Below, piece after piece: positions 26,324-40,504 of a stretch of 63,237 bases of DNA. The stretch is from NCBI RefSeq assembly GCF_001194135.2, contig NC_068995.1:52897393-52960629 (forward strand). Reading direction: 5' to 3'. Positions within the stretch are counted from its first letter, which is position 1. Each line of letters starts with the position of its first letter. The notes under the pieces are model-generated. The model searched no databases. It was not told where the DNA came from and saw only the letters and a program-made list of their open reading frames with translations. Position numbers and translations under genes: made by a program. The DNA is from Octopus bimaculoides. Taxonomy: Eukaryota.

Positions 26324-26671
26324 ATGTGTGTNNNNNNNNNNNNNNNNNNNNNNNNNNNNNNNNNNNNNNNNNNNNNNNNNNNNNNNNNNNNNNNNNNNNN
26401 NNNNNNNNNNNNNNNNNNNNNNNNNNNNNNNNNNNNNNNNNNNNNNNNNNNNNNNNNNNNNNNNNNNNNNNNNNNNNNNNNNNNNNNNNNNNNNNNNNNN
26501 NNNNNNNNNNNNNNNNNNNNNNNNNNNNNNNNNNNNNNNNNNNNNNNNNNNNNNNNNNNNNNNNNNNNNNNNNNNNNNNNNNNNNNNNNNNNNNNNNNNN
26601 NNNNNNNNNNNNNNNNNNNNNNNNNNNNNNNNNNNNNNNNNNNNNNNNNNNNNNNNNNNNNNNNNNNNNNN

Positions 26672-26715
<44 letters not shown>

Positions 26716-26759
26716 ATGTGTCGTTATCATTATTAACAATGTTGTTCTTGTTGGTTATT

Positions 26760-27152
26760 CCTTTATTCTTTTTACTTGTTTCAGTCATTTGACTGCGGCC
26801 ATGCTGGAGCACCACATTTAGTCGAATAAATCGACTCCAGGACTTATTCTTTGTAAGCTTAGTACTTATTCTATCGGTATTTTATGCCGAACCCCTAAGT
26901 TACGGGGACGTAAACACACCAACAACGGTGTCAATCAATGTTGGGGAGACAAATACAGACAGAAACAACAAACACATACACATATATATATATATATACG
27001 ATGGGCTTCTTTCAGTTTCCGTCTACCAAATCCACTCACAAGGATATGGTCGGCCCGAGGCTATAGCAGAAGACACTCGCCCAAGAAGCCACGCAGTGGG
27101 ACTGAACCCGGAACCATGTGGTTGGTAAGCAAGCTACTTACCACACAGCCAC
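26760..27152 (-). mobile_element. Near full-length SINE family A, antisense
   Basis: Reverse complement of the 23415 copy, from ttacttgtttcagtcatttgactgcggccatgctggag to aagcaagctacttaccacacagccac. Confidence 0.9.
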
Positions 27153-27834
27153 TTCTACTTGGTGATTTTTCTCAACCTCTTCACTCACAACATTCATGTC
27201 ATTTGGTATGGCTACATTTGTCTCTAATTATTATTATCATTATTATTATTATTATTGGTTTATATTTAGCGTAGTTACTGGAGTAACCATGACATTTAAT
27301 TCCACAATTAAGTGGTTAAAACATGAGTTGAAATTTTAGATGATTTCACTGCAATTAGAAGGTGGTCGAGCGATATAAAAGTTACTTTTCTTCTGTTGCA
27401 GCTGATGCTGTTGTTGTTGTTGTGGTTGTTTTTTTGTCGTTGCAGTTGTTTTTGTTAATGCTTTGTTCTAGAAAGAAACAACAGTTTTACTTTAATTCTT
27501 GGAGTTACATCAATTTATGTTCACGGGAATAGTTCTTTAGCTTTCTTATAAAAGAAAAGAAATAAAAACTAAATGAATAACAATGGTAGAGTTGGGAAGC
27601 TATTTTCACCTTAAGGTCGCTCGGTTTACTTTATGCGTCCTGCTGCATAAGAGAGTGCGCGCGTGTGTGTGTGGTGTGTGGCGTATGGATGTGTATGTAT
27701 GTGTATGCATTTTTTGCTGAATATATATCTTAGCGTGTGAGTTTGTATAGGAGTGCATTAGAGAGAAAGGAACTCACACACACAAAGGCACACATAAGCG
27801 TATGTTTGTATGTAAATATGTGTATATACATATA

Positions 27835-27876
<42 letters not shown>

Positions 27877-28584
27877 NNNNNNNNNNNNNNNNNNNNNNNN
27901 NNNNNNNATATCCATATATATATATATGTATGTTTATATACATTTATACATATACATATGCTTGCGCGCGCGTGTGTATATATATATATATATATATACA
28001 CGCGCACACACACACACGTATATATATGTATGTATATATATATATATATATATATATACGCAAACGTACACACTAACAACCGGAGACACACACATACGCA
28101 AACGTTCACATTCATTTAATGGATTCCACTCTTGTAAAAAGCTTGTTTATTTCATTAAAAAAATATTTAAATGAAACAAAATGATCCATTAAATTAATAT
28201 TGAGAGCGTGTTTTTTGGTTTTTTTTTGCTGTTGATTAAATTTACAACCTTTCTCTCCTACCAGGCCCCTTCAATGTATACACATGCATGCATACATACA
28301 TACATACATACATACATACATAGAAGCAGAATATATAAGGCGTTTTTGTCAACTGACGTAAACCAATAAGCAGGTTCTATGAGCGCTTAGCTTGGTTTGC
28401 CGCCAAAACTCCGGTTTAAACTACAACTGAAAATGGTATTTTTTGATTGTCTATCAGATGCGGCCGGAAGTGACTAGATTTCTCTATTAAAAAATGGAAC
28501 TGGTAACATCCACTATTCCTTGCCATGAATTATTGGATATTCTCATTTGAAGTTACTGATGGGAATTACATATAACTCAGGAAT

Positions 28585-28625
28585 ATGGCGTAGTGGATAA
28601 AAGCGCGGGCTACTAACCCAAAAAT
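28585..28625 (+). mobile_element. Isolated tRNA-like head of SINE family D
   Basis: tggcgtagtggataaaagcgcgggctactaaccc matches the head at 58815. Confidence 0.6.
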
Positions 28626-29812
28626 TTAGATAGATAGACAGACAGACAGACANNNNNNNNNNACAGACAGATAGATAGATAGATAGATAGATAGAAAGAG
28701 AGAGAGAGAGAGAGAGAGAGATTGGCAGTTAGAGAGTGACAGAGAAAATGGAGGTCAGAGCGGAATAAGATCGAGAGTTAACGAAAGAAAGGTGGGGATG
28801 GAGAATGTGGAAATAAAACTTGCATCGAAGAAAACGGGTGAAGGTGGCAGAGGCCAATTTGTAAGACAAAAACCGTGAGAGGTGGTCGAGGAAAAAAAAA
28901 GTAAAGAAAAGATTCCATAGAAGTCTCAGAATATGTACGCCATATTCATTTATGAAGAATTGGAGCGATATGAATGAACGAGGGTTGAAAATGGCCAAGT
29001 TTACAATATCTCGTAATGAATAAACTTCTATTTTTGGTTGTCAAGAATTCTATATTGGATAAAAAATCAATCAATGGACACATTGCCTTCTAATAAGGAA
29101 AGAAATATGGTTTTGCACTCATCACAGAATCAGTTGTGAAGGAAGGAAGGAAGGAAGGAACAACGTTGCACAGATGGCGTTAAATTTTATAGAACTGGGT
29201 TGAGATATTTTTGTTTTTTGTTTTGCTTATTGTTTAATTCTCCTTATTTTTGTCTGTGTTTCTTTCATGTTTTAATTTATTTCTCAATATTGATTTCTAG
29301 TTACAAGCGACGAGCTGGCAGAATCGTTAGCACGCCAGGCTAGTGGCATTCCGCTCGTCTCTACATTCTGAGTTCAAATTCCACTGGGATTGACTTTGTC
29401 TGTTATCCTTCTACAATACGATTCAGTCTGGAAGTTACTTTATTAAGTCTGTCGCGCCATGATGGTGCCAGCTTGATCTTTTGTTGACTTACTCAGCAGT
29501 GATTGGCACAATCGTAAATGCAAAAATGTAGAGCGGGGTATAGAAGAGGAGGATGACAAAAACGAAATATTGATGTTGTACGCAGCGATAGGGAAATCCA
29601 ACGGACGGAAAGGAAATCACGGTAACCGAGTTTGTAAGACACTTTCTGCATGGCGGAGATTATTTTGTATGACCTATTGACAGGGGAAAAGATAGTGACG
29701 GTGACCTTTTGCAGGGCCCCGTGATTTGTAAACGGAAAGAGAAAACGAAATCACGATTGTGGAGTTATTGATATCGTTGTTTAACTCCAGCCCTGATCAA
29801 GCAGATATATTA

Positions 29813-29849
<37 letters not shown>

Positions 29850-30322
29850 NNNNNNNNNNNNNNNNNNNNNNNNNNNNNNNNNNNNNNNNNNNNNNNNNNN
29901 NNNNNNNNNNNNNNNNNNNNNNNNNNNNNNNNNNNNNNNNNNNNNNNNNNNNNNNNNNNNNNNNNNNNNNNNNNNNNNNNNNNNNNNNNNNNNNNNNNNN
30001 NNNNNNNNNNNNNNNNNNNNNNNNNNNNNNNNNNNNNNNNNNNNNNNNNNNNNNNNNNNNNNNNNNNNNNNNNNNNNNNNNNNNNNNNNNNNNNNNNNNN
30101 NNNNNNNNNNNNNNNNNNNNNNNNNNNNNNNNNNNNNNNNNNNNNNNNNNNNNNNNNNNNNNNNNNNNNNNNNNNNNNNNNNNNNNNNNNNNNNNNNNNN
30201 NNNNNNNNNNNNNNNNNNNNNNNNNNNNNNNNNNNNNNNNNNNNNNNNNNNNNNNNNNNNNNNNNNNNNNNNNNNNNNNNNNNNNNNNNNNNNNNNNNNN
30301 NNNNNNNNNNNNNNNNNNNNTG

Positions 30323-30378
<56 letters not shown>

Positions 30379-30509
30379 AATGAGTAGTATAACATGTGTA
30401 TTCGCAGGATCACAGAAAGCTCTTCTTACGAACTCGGTTAGCAGTCCAAATAAAGGCATGTTCACCTCTTATACCTCCTACCTTTGTGGTTATAAATACA
30501 TACGTATGT

Positions 30510-30720
30510 GTGTGTGTGTATTTCTCACGACAATCATTACCACTTGACAACTGGTATTGGTTTCATTTTTGTTCCACTAACCTAGCGGCTCAACAAAGGA
30601 GTCCGACAGTCGGGGAGCCATATGCTCGACTAAATCTCTTGAAGGCGGTGCCCTAGCATGACCACCATTCAATGCTTAAAACAAGTACAAAAAAGATTAA
30701 AAGATTTAAAAAAAGATACG
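30510..30720 (+). mobile_element. Decayed 3' half of SINE family A
   Basis: ccacttgacaactggtattgg...cctagcggctcaacaaaggag...gaaggcggtgccctagcatgaccacc...aaacaagtacaaaaaagattaaaag. Confidence 0.6.
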
Positions 30721-31685
30721 GTTTTACAACACTGATAATGTGTTATTTTTATGATTATTATTATTACCCAGGCATAAAAATAAAAAACAGCAGAAGGACA
30801 GAACGAAGCGTATATAACTTTTTCCTTTTTTTAAAATTTTTTTGTTATGTTCATCAAATGATATGAAGCAGAGTGAATTGGTTTTTCCCCGAGAAATTCA
30901 AAAGGGCTCTTGGACTCAGTTGATCCCGTTTCGACACGCCGGGAGTTGATTTTTCTCCTCTGAATATCTCTCGCCATTAGACACCATTATAACACATCTG
31001 ATAAAAGCAGTGAAACTTTGTTCAACTATAAACAACCATACAATTGTCTCATTTGCTGTGCTTTACTTCCACACATTTACAGCTCGTTGATCCGCTCTCT
31101 ATCCCCTTCCTCCTCCCACTACGTCTCCTTCGTTTTCAGAACCCCTCCCCTTCAGTCTCGCCGCTCTCTCTCTTTCCTTTCGGTAAGCCCATTCTCCTTT
31201 CTCTCCCTAAATCGCCTCCGTTTGTTTCCCAAACATTAGTCATCGTACGTGATATTTCTAATAGTCTTTTATTTCGTTCGATAATTTCACAGTCTATACA
31301 GGATACACATGACCGATAACTGACCCCCAATCATTATAAACCTACCCCCTCTTTCCCCCCGCTATCACCTTACCCACAATCCCCAAAGGTCCCACAACAG
31401 TTCCCTAGACTACAAAAACGCACTGAAACTTCCACGCACACACACACACACACACGCGCGCGCACTATCTGTGCAATGGAAGATAGTTTTCGGGACGACA
31501 CGCTATTTAAGTCAAAGAATCAATGACGTTATTTCAACGATTTCGTGCAAAATTATCATTCATCGTCAGCGTATATACACACTCATACATACATACATAC
31601 ATACATACATACATACATACATACATACATGCATATATGAATCTGTGTGTGTGCATTTTTAATTACACATATGTGTCTATGTGTG

Positions 31686-31739
<54 letters not shown>

Positions 31740-32558
31740 ATATATGTATATATATATGTATATATATGTGTGTATATACATATATACACACACAAACACA
31801 CACACATATTTATATATATATATATATATATATACATAAAGTTATATATATATGCATACATACATATATATATACATACATATATACGTACATATATATA
31901 TATGTACATATATGCAATATACATATATATGTATATATTAGATGCACATATATCTTATGTTATGCACTCACACACACACACAAACACATACACAGCAAAT
32001 AGCGAGATCTTTATCATTATTTAACGGTATCCACCCTTCCGAAAACCATAACTTAGTGCTGTGTATATTATATACAAATCAAATTGTTTATCTCTAGCTC
32101 ATGATATTGTTGTTGTTCTTCTTCTTTTTGGAGTCATTGATTCTCGAAGCGAACGCGGATCAAATATCTATCGTTGGTTTCACCCCTTTCTCCTAGCGAA
32201 GCGATAATATTCTTCTTCCTCCTCCTCCCTTTTCTTCTTCTTCTTCTTCTTCTTCCACACTTAATCATTTTACTTATCTCATTATTCTATTCTTCTTCAG
32301 TATTTTATTCTCATTCATTGCAAGCTACTTCTTTTCTTTCGCACTCTTTCTCGCCGTAACGTTTTTCTAATACCACCACCACCACCACCACCACCAACTT
32401 CATCCTCATCACGATCCTTCTTCCCATCCTCCTCCTCATTATGCTCATCATCATCATTTCATCATCTAATTATTTCATTTAACTACATTTCCCATAGGAC
32501 CATCAATACATTTCTCAGTAGCGAGCACGTGTTAAGTACAAACAAGTATGTCATTAGG

Positions 32559-32602
<44 letters not shown>

Positions 32603-32969
32603 CCAATCTATTTATAGGTCTCACAATTATATACATATATGCTTGTGTGTGTGTGTGTGTGTGTACAGACGTGCGTGTTTTCATGGACAAACACGAAAAA
32701 TTGGTATTCAATACCAGCCAATTTTCTTACGCACAAAATCCATGCTTGCGTATATGCCTACTCATTCACATGCCCCCTCCCCACATAAATACTTCCTAAT
32801 CCTCACACGTAGTAGTAGTACATTGGAAAAAGAAGGTGAATATGCATTCTGAGTGTACAAGAAGATACATTAATACACTTAACCGGTTTCAGATGTGTTT
32901 GATTTTCAAAATTGAGTGATGTGGAGCTGTGTCGCATACTGTGCCGTTAACATATGTATATACATACAT

Positions 32970-33010
<41 letters not shown>

Positions 33011-33226
33011 ATATATATATATTTATATATATATATATATATANNNNNNNNNNNNNNNNNNNNNNNNNNNNNNNNNNNNNNNNNNNNNNNNNNNNNNNNN
33101 NNNNNNNNNNNNNNNNNNNNNNNNNNNNNNNNNNNNNNNNNNNNNNNNNNNNNNNNNNNNNNNNNNNNNNNNNNNNNNNNNNNNNNNNNNNNNNNNNNNN
33201 NNNNNNNNNNNNNNNNNNNNNNNNNN

Positions 33227-33281
<55 letters not shown>

Positions 33282-33624
33282 TGTGTGTGTGTGTGCGTGC
33301 GTGTGTGCGTGTGTGGGTATGTATGTGTGTGATTGTGTGTGTGTGATTGTGTGTGGACGATTGGATAATTAGCATACGCGTGGGTGTACGCAACACGTAT
33401 TCACATCCGTACCTACCTACATGTCTATGTCTATACATATTTATTAAATATCATTTCATATCTGTACATAAACGCACGTATACAAATATATAGACCATAC
33501 ACATACACATACGTACGCATTCATATATTCATATATATTGATCTATGATATACATACATATATATATACATACATGCATGAATATCTATATATACGCACA
33601 TTATTGATATATATACATGTACGA

Positions 33625-33655
<31 letters not shown>

Positions 33656-34142
33656 CATGCATGCATGCCTGTGTGCATTCATAAGGGTGAAGCTATTAAT
33701 GCCGTCTAAGTGCTGTAATAAATTCACTTTAGAGATGGCTGAAGTTAGACTGGGATTATTGAAAAGTATCTTTCGGAGTGGAAAGTAATGGAGTTGAGGC
33801 AGGATCTGAGATGATAACAACGTTGAGTTGAGACAACGTGTGAAAAGAAAGAGAGGCGTGAGATGAGAAAGAGTTGGAGGAGAAGGCAGGAAAGTGGAAA
33901 CGTAATGGTGGCGGTGATGGTAGGAGGTGAGCTGGGGGTGGGGGGGTTAAGATATAGAGTTTCAGGGAAGAAAAGAGCGAGAGGAAAAAGGCGAGATAAA
34001 GAGAAAGAAAGAGATTTAAGAGGTTTTGGATTCAATTGATGCTGATGTGGGTCCAGATTTCGTTATGTTGTGATATAAAGCAGAGCTTCGTATGAGAAAT
34101 AACTATATACATAAATATCTATACCTTGTTTATATGCGTGGC

Positions 34143-34197
<55 letters not shown>

Positions 34198-34399
34198 TGT
34201 GCGTGTGTGTGTGTGTGCGTGCGAGATAGGGGAAGAAGGTGAGTGCGTGCGTCTGTGCGTCAGTGCGTATATGCGTTTATGTATGTGATTGTGCACAAGT
34301 ACTTGCATAATGATTTATGGCACATATTAAAAAATGTGAATATATATATGCAAACACATAAATATATATATACATATACACATATACATGCATATGTAC

Positions 34400-34434
<35 letters not shown>

Positions 34435-34750
34435 CACATTTATATGTATATATATATATACACATATATATATATACATACATATGTATACATATATATA
34501 TATATGTTGATATATATATATAATTTTATGAATATCTATGCATATGTCTGACATGCATTCATAGAACGCATGTGCCGTGCAAGCACTTATAAATGCAATG
34601 TGTGTCTATGTATACGTGTTTATGCTAACTCCTTTTTCTCTCTCTCATGTTCGTCTGTATGTGTATGGGTATGCCTTAACGCTGGTTTATTAGGTTCACC
34701 ATACTCGTGTGTCAGAGAGAGCAATACAAAATGAAAGAAAAAATATAAGC

Positions 34751-34781
<31 letters not shown>

Positions 34782-35001
34782 CAGAGAGAGAGAAATAGAA
34801 AAGGAAAATGACAACATCATCATCAGCAGCAGCAGCAACAATGCCAACTTCAGCAGCTACAACAACTAGCAGAACACGAAGAAGAAGAAAATAGCCCGGG
34901 AGTGAAGATGAGTCACGTACGCTTGTTTTGATATATTGAAAAGGCATAGCGACTGACAGACAGACAGACATCAAGATAGATAGACAGACAGACAGACATC
35001 A

Positions 35002-35032
<31 letters not shown>

Positions 35033-35223
35033 TAGATAGATGCATACATGCATTGATAAACAGATAGACTTGCGTTTCGAGGGGCTTCAATTAGGGTTCA
35101 ATTGAACATATTACAATCAGCAAAAAGGAATCGAACGTCCTAAGTGAGCGATCCAATACCTTAAATAATGATCGCTAATCTGTCCTATATATGTATGAAC
35201 ACACACACACACAGGCACACAGC

Positions 35224-35313
<90 letters not shown>

Positions 35314-35399
35314 AGTTGGTTGTGTAATAATGAGGTTCATTTTGTATTATAAGTATATAATGAATACATTGCTTTATGTGGACTAGATGGTGGATAGTA

Positions 35400-35410
35400 G
35401 TAATAATAAC

Positions 35411-35459
<49 letters not shown>

Positions 35460-35720
35460 GTAATGCCCTGATGCAGTAGCAGACTGTGGCTCTCATGGAT
35501 TCTGACGTTAGCTGATTATTGAAAGTGCTATCATATACATGTTTTGTGTTTGTGTGAAATGATGGGTAACAGCAAACATTTAACTTGATACCACAGATTT
35601 TCTTATCAGTTGCTTGACCGTAACCAGTTGGGCATGTCCCTTTGTGGCTGTCGATATGGGCATCTCTGATCGTGAACAGGTATTGTGAGGGAGCATCATA
35701 GCCATGTGTTGTGAGGAAAT
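35400..35720 (-). mobile_element. Probable 3' UTR of a non-LTR retroelement ending in an (AAT/TTA)n array
   Basis: A long (AAT)n array at 35400-35463 directly abuts a non-low-complexity segment (gccctgatgcagtagcagactgtggctctcatgg...) that I recall as a repeated octopus LINE tail. Family not verifiable here. Confidence 0.45.
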
Positions 35721-36201
35721 ATCCTTAACCTCTAACCAGAATATCTGGCGTTGGTTCCCGTCTATCTTACGATCATTTCCCTAATTCTCTTCAATCCTTT
35801 CCCTTATGCGATGTCTTAATTTCATCATCTAAGAAATTACCAATATCCAGAGTTCCGAACGCAGCTATTTGCTATCTCTTGGATATATTTAATTATTGCT
35901 GTGTTCTTGGAATCTCGCAACCCGTTTTTCTTTCCGTTTCTTATATTTTCCTTTTCGCTTTAAAAAAAAATTCTATTTAGTTGAGTTTCTTCTTCGACTT
36001 CGTTCCTTCTCCCTTATTTAGTTCATTCTTTTTTCTACTCTTTCCTCTTTTAGTACCTTCTTCTTCTTCTTCTCCTCCTCCTCCTCTTCCTTCATCTCTA
36101 TCTCTATCTCTTCTCCATTCTCTCTCCATGTTTTCTTGTTGATGTCAATAAGTTATACAATCTCACCATTCGATCGATTTCGTTCAATTGAAACAAGGTT
36201 A

Positions 36202-36382
36202 CAGGTGCAGTCTGTGGGGAGGGGAGGGGGGCACGGGGTGTGTATAGCAGGATGCAAAATATATGGAGGGTGGAAGGGTGGTGCAGGAAAAATGGCGGAG
36301 GCCTATGAGTGCAGGGTACCTAAACCCGATACTGCATCGCACCCCTGCCCCCACCGCTTCCCCTTCCCCGCCGCTGCCCCTG
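36202..36382. mobile_element. GC-rich foldback / MITE-like element with G-tract and C-tract arms
   Basis: Begins caggtgcag...ggggaggggagggggggcacggggtg and ends cacccctgcccccaccgcttccccttccccgccgctgcccctg. The arms are imperfect reverse complements; no TSD seen. Confidence 0.5.
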
Positions 36383-36972
36383 CCACCGTCGTCGTCGTCA
36401 TCAATTAAGAATAACAAACAAAATGTCAATCTAAATGTTCATTAAAACTNNNNNNNNNNNNNNNNNNNNNNNNNNNNNNNNNNNNNNNNNNNNNNNNNNN
36501 NNNNNNNNNNNNNNNNNNNNNNNNNNNNNNNNNNNNNNNNNNNNNNNNNNNNNNNNNNNNNNNNNNNNNNNNNNNNNNNNNNNNNNNNNNNNNNNNNNNN
36601 NNNNNNNNNNNNNNNNNNNNNNNNNNNNNNNNNNNNNNNNNNNNNNNNNNNNNNNNNNNNNNNNNNNNNNNNNNNNNNNNNNNNNNNNNNNNNNNNNNNN
36701 NNNNNNNNNNNNNCACCACATTTTGGTTTACGAAAAGGGAGGAGAGGAATAAATAAATAAATAACAGCATAGATATGGGTAAAAAAAATGAATTCTTTTC
36801 TTTCTCCTCTTATTGCGAATGTGTGTGTGTGTGTGAGTGTGTGTGTGTGTGTGTATGTGCACATCATGGAACATACATGTACATACCTATACACACACTC
36901 ACTCACACACACACATACATACATATATATATATATATATACACATATACATACATGTTAAGATATATATAC

Positions 36973-37019
<47 letters not shown>

Positions 37020-37203
37020 TATATGCATATATATATTATGTATACAGAACACACGCACACTTGAACACGTGCGCGTACTCATCACACACACACACATATA
37101 TGCATGCATATGGATACATATATGTACATATACGTACATACATATGGATATGTGTGTCTACAAACACATACACACGCATACATATAAATACAGATATTCA
37201 TAT

Positions 37204-37240
<37 letters not shown>

Positions 37241-37569
37241 TATTTGGTCTGGTTCTTCATTCTTAGTTTCAGGCTACAAGATGAAAGACGATGGAAGATG
37301 GTATTATTGCATCAATTCAAAAACCAACCAAAAGGAAAGAGAGAGAGAGATAGATAGAAAGAGAGAAAGAGAGAGAGGAAGAGAACAGAATAACCCCCCC
37401 CCCCCAAAAAAAAAAAACAAATAAAAGAAAATCAAATATAAGCAAACGTTATAAAAACTGCAATGGCGGGAAATCATGGATAAACTAGACATCCAAATCG
37501 ATGACATCAGCAACAACAACAACATCGTTGAGGATAAAATATAATAACGAGGACAATATGAATCAATGA

Positions 37570-38290
37570 AGAAGCTACTACGTGGTCGCTGCCCCTGCTA
37601 GAAGTAGCACCCGAATCTCTCTGAAAATCCTCTTTACTCTCTTAAATAAGGAAAAATGCATTAGATAATGTAGTCTTAGATACACTTAGACTGATACGTT
37701 GGCCATGGTTGGGATGGCCTTGATTGTAGGTCTGCTGTGTCAGGACTGACCATAAGGGCTAAAGGAGAATATTGAGCCGAGGATACAGCCTTTATGTGGT
37801 CAGTGGGTATCTTAAAAATAGCAGCTAAGACACTCTATCTCACATTCAACTGTTTTTAAAGACAGACATGAGCAATACTGCTCCATCCATGATCACCCAC
37901 CCTTCGTATATATATATATATGTATACATATATATATTGTGTGTGTGGGGTGGAGGTCATGAATGGAATACCTTTGCTCATCGGTCTGCTCAGGCAGGGC
38001 TGTACTGGGGTTAAACAACAGCCAAAACTATATGAGCCAACGATAATTTCAGCTCAAAGGTGCTGACCTGTTAATGAGCGAAATAGCAGCCAAATCTTCC
38101 TCACATTACAAATCATCGTCGTAATAAGGAAAGCACATATTTGATAATAGAGCCTTAGATACACAATGCCTCGAAAAAGAGAGAAAAGCGAGGAAAAGTC
38201 GAGATGGTCACGGCAGGAATCCCTTTGATTATAAGTCTTTTTGATTAAAGCCGGTCTGCGGTTGAACAACACTGACAACAACACAGCGAG
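37570..38290 (+). mobile_element. Three tandem decayed copies of repeat family E
   Basis: aatagcagc(c/t)aa...ttagatacac...(g)atggtcacggc(a/t)ggaat...ctggggttaaacaac motifs recur at about 37570-37770, 37800-38020 and 38055-38290. Other copies at about 22385-22490 and 51460-51660. Confidence 0.65.
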
Positions 38291-39019
38291 AGCAAGAAAA
38301 CAATAACAACAACATTAACAATAAAAGCAGTTACAATAAAATTTATAAAAAAACAATAGCAAAACAAAAACAACAGCAAAAGTTACATAGAAAACAACAA
38401 CAATAATAATAATGAAGAAGAAGAAGAACAGCAAGAATACGGCACAGTACAACAACAACTACAAAACGAACAAGTGTAGAACCGTGGATAACGGAACACT
38501 TGGAACGAATTAACAAATACTCAAAAAAAAAAACAATGAGAAACAAAGAGAAAAAAATGTATAGATTGAAAAAAGAAAACGGAAGAGAAAATAGTGAAGA
38601 ATTGCTAAAGTTACCATTCTTTTACTAATGGAATGACAAAAGTATAGGAAACAATGATTGAACAAATGTTAAATGGCAAATGTTCCTCTTTTAGCTTCGT
38701 TGTTCTTCGAGTAAATAACTGCTGCATTTTCCTCTTGGATGCCAACAGTCTTAATATAATGACGACAAACGTAGAAATGTAATGTCAAATTGAGAGAGAG
38801 GGGGAGAGAGAGATGGAGGAAGGGAGTCAGGGTGGAGGGTGAAAGAGATGGAGGGAAAGAAAGAGAGAAAAGTGTGTGTGGGGGAGGGATTTTGATTTTG
38901 TACAAGATGCAAACCTTGAAAAACGTAAGATTTTGTTGTTTCGTCGTTGGAAGAAAAACAAAAATGGTAAGAAACGGTAAGAAAATGATAAGTGCTGTGA
39001 GGTATTGTGTTAGATTTGT

Positions 39020-39203
39020 TTGTATACAGCTTCTACTACTACTACTGCCTTTACTACTACTACTACTGATATTACTTCTACTACTACTACTACTACTGCT
39101 GCTGCTGCTACAACAACAACAGCTACTACTAATGCAGCTGCTGCTTCTACTACTACTACTACTATTACTACTGCTTTTACTACTATTACTACTGCTTTTA
39201 CTT

Positions 39204-39234
<31 letters not shown>

Positions 39235-39278
39235 AACAACAACAGCTACTACTAATGCAGCTGTTGCTTCTACTACTA

Positions 39279-39310
<32 letters not shown>

Positions 39311-39320
39311 TCTACTATGT
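39020..39320. repeat. Compound (CTA/CTG/CAA)n microsatellite with an about 120-bp higher-order duplication
   Basis: cttctactactactactactgctgctgctgct(a/g)caacaacaacagctactactaatgcagctg(c/t)tgcttctactact occurs at about 39075 and about 39198. Confidence 0.8.
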
Positions 39321-39638
39321 CTAAACACAACATTTATGTGTGTCTGTGTATGGCAATTACAGTCGAATGGATTCTATGGTTTCTCGTCTGTCCTTGTGGC
39401 GATATTACGCCACACTTCAAAGTTCCACTTAATTTTGGATGCTCTTGGATTCGCCGATTACCAAAACATCAGCGAACCTCCTTTAACACGGACTCTTCTT
39501 TCGCACCAGTGGAATGGATAGTTTATCTGTTGAATCATGTCATAATGTCTAGCCATCAAGTATAGTGTGTTCCACTTTGATATGCTCCTACGCATTAAAG
39601 ATATGCTCTTTAATCAATGCACACATATAAATATACAT

Positions 39639-39670
<32 letters not shown>

Positions 39671-39868
39671 CTGAAGAGTGTAGCTAATTCTGCGCAGTGG
39701 AGGCGTCTTCATTATTAAAATCGATCCTTTATTGGCTGTCAAACATTAAAAATGAATGATGGATCATAATTATATTTGCACGGAAGTCTAGATGACGCTT
39801 TGGTGAGATTTGTGCAAACCAGTCGAACCCACTCTTACTGGCGCTTGTGTGTGTGTGTGTGTGTGTGT

Positions 39869-40240
39869 ATTCTTTTATTCTTTAATTTGTTTCAGTAATT
39901 TGACTGCGACCATGCTGTAGCACCGACTTTAGTCGAACAAATCGACCTCAGGACTTATTCTTTGTAAGCCTCGTACCTATTCTATCGGATGTCAAGCGAT
40001 GGTGGGAGTGGGGACAAACACAGACACACACAAACACCCCCCCACACACACACACGCATATATATATACATATATACGACGGGCTTCTTTCAGTTTCCGT
40101 CTACCAAATCCACTCACAAGGCTTTGGTCGGCCCGAAGCCAAAGTAGAAGACACTTGCCCAAGGTACCACGCAGTCGGACTGAACCCGGATCCATGTGGT
40201 TGGTAAGCAAGCTACTAGCCACACAGCTAATCCTGCGCCT
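39869..40240 (-). mobile_element. Near full-length SINE family A, antisense
   Basis: Reverse complement of the 23415 copy; ends in cacacagctaatcctgcgcct (5' start aggcgcagga). Confidence 0.9.
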
Positions 40241-40443
40241 ACTATATATGTTTGCGAACCTTAGGTTAGTTAAAATATGTTTGTGAGATATTTCAAATTC
40301 TGAGGGCAAATTTCCTGTAGTTATCGTAGAGAAAATATTCTCTCTTGTGGTAAAAATGGTGTAAAAACATCACATCTATCCCGTGCTGTACCCTTTCGGA
40401 TTCCCAGGCGCCGCGTTTCTAGCTCTTTAGCCGTCATCAACAC

Positions 40444-40504
<61 letters not shown>

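Noticed and set aside
38669-39565. Three overlapping 180-240 aa ORFs
   Set aside because: Open only because of stop-free (CTA/CTG)n and GA repeats.
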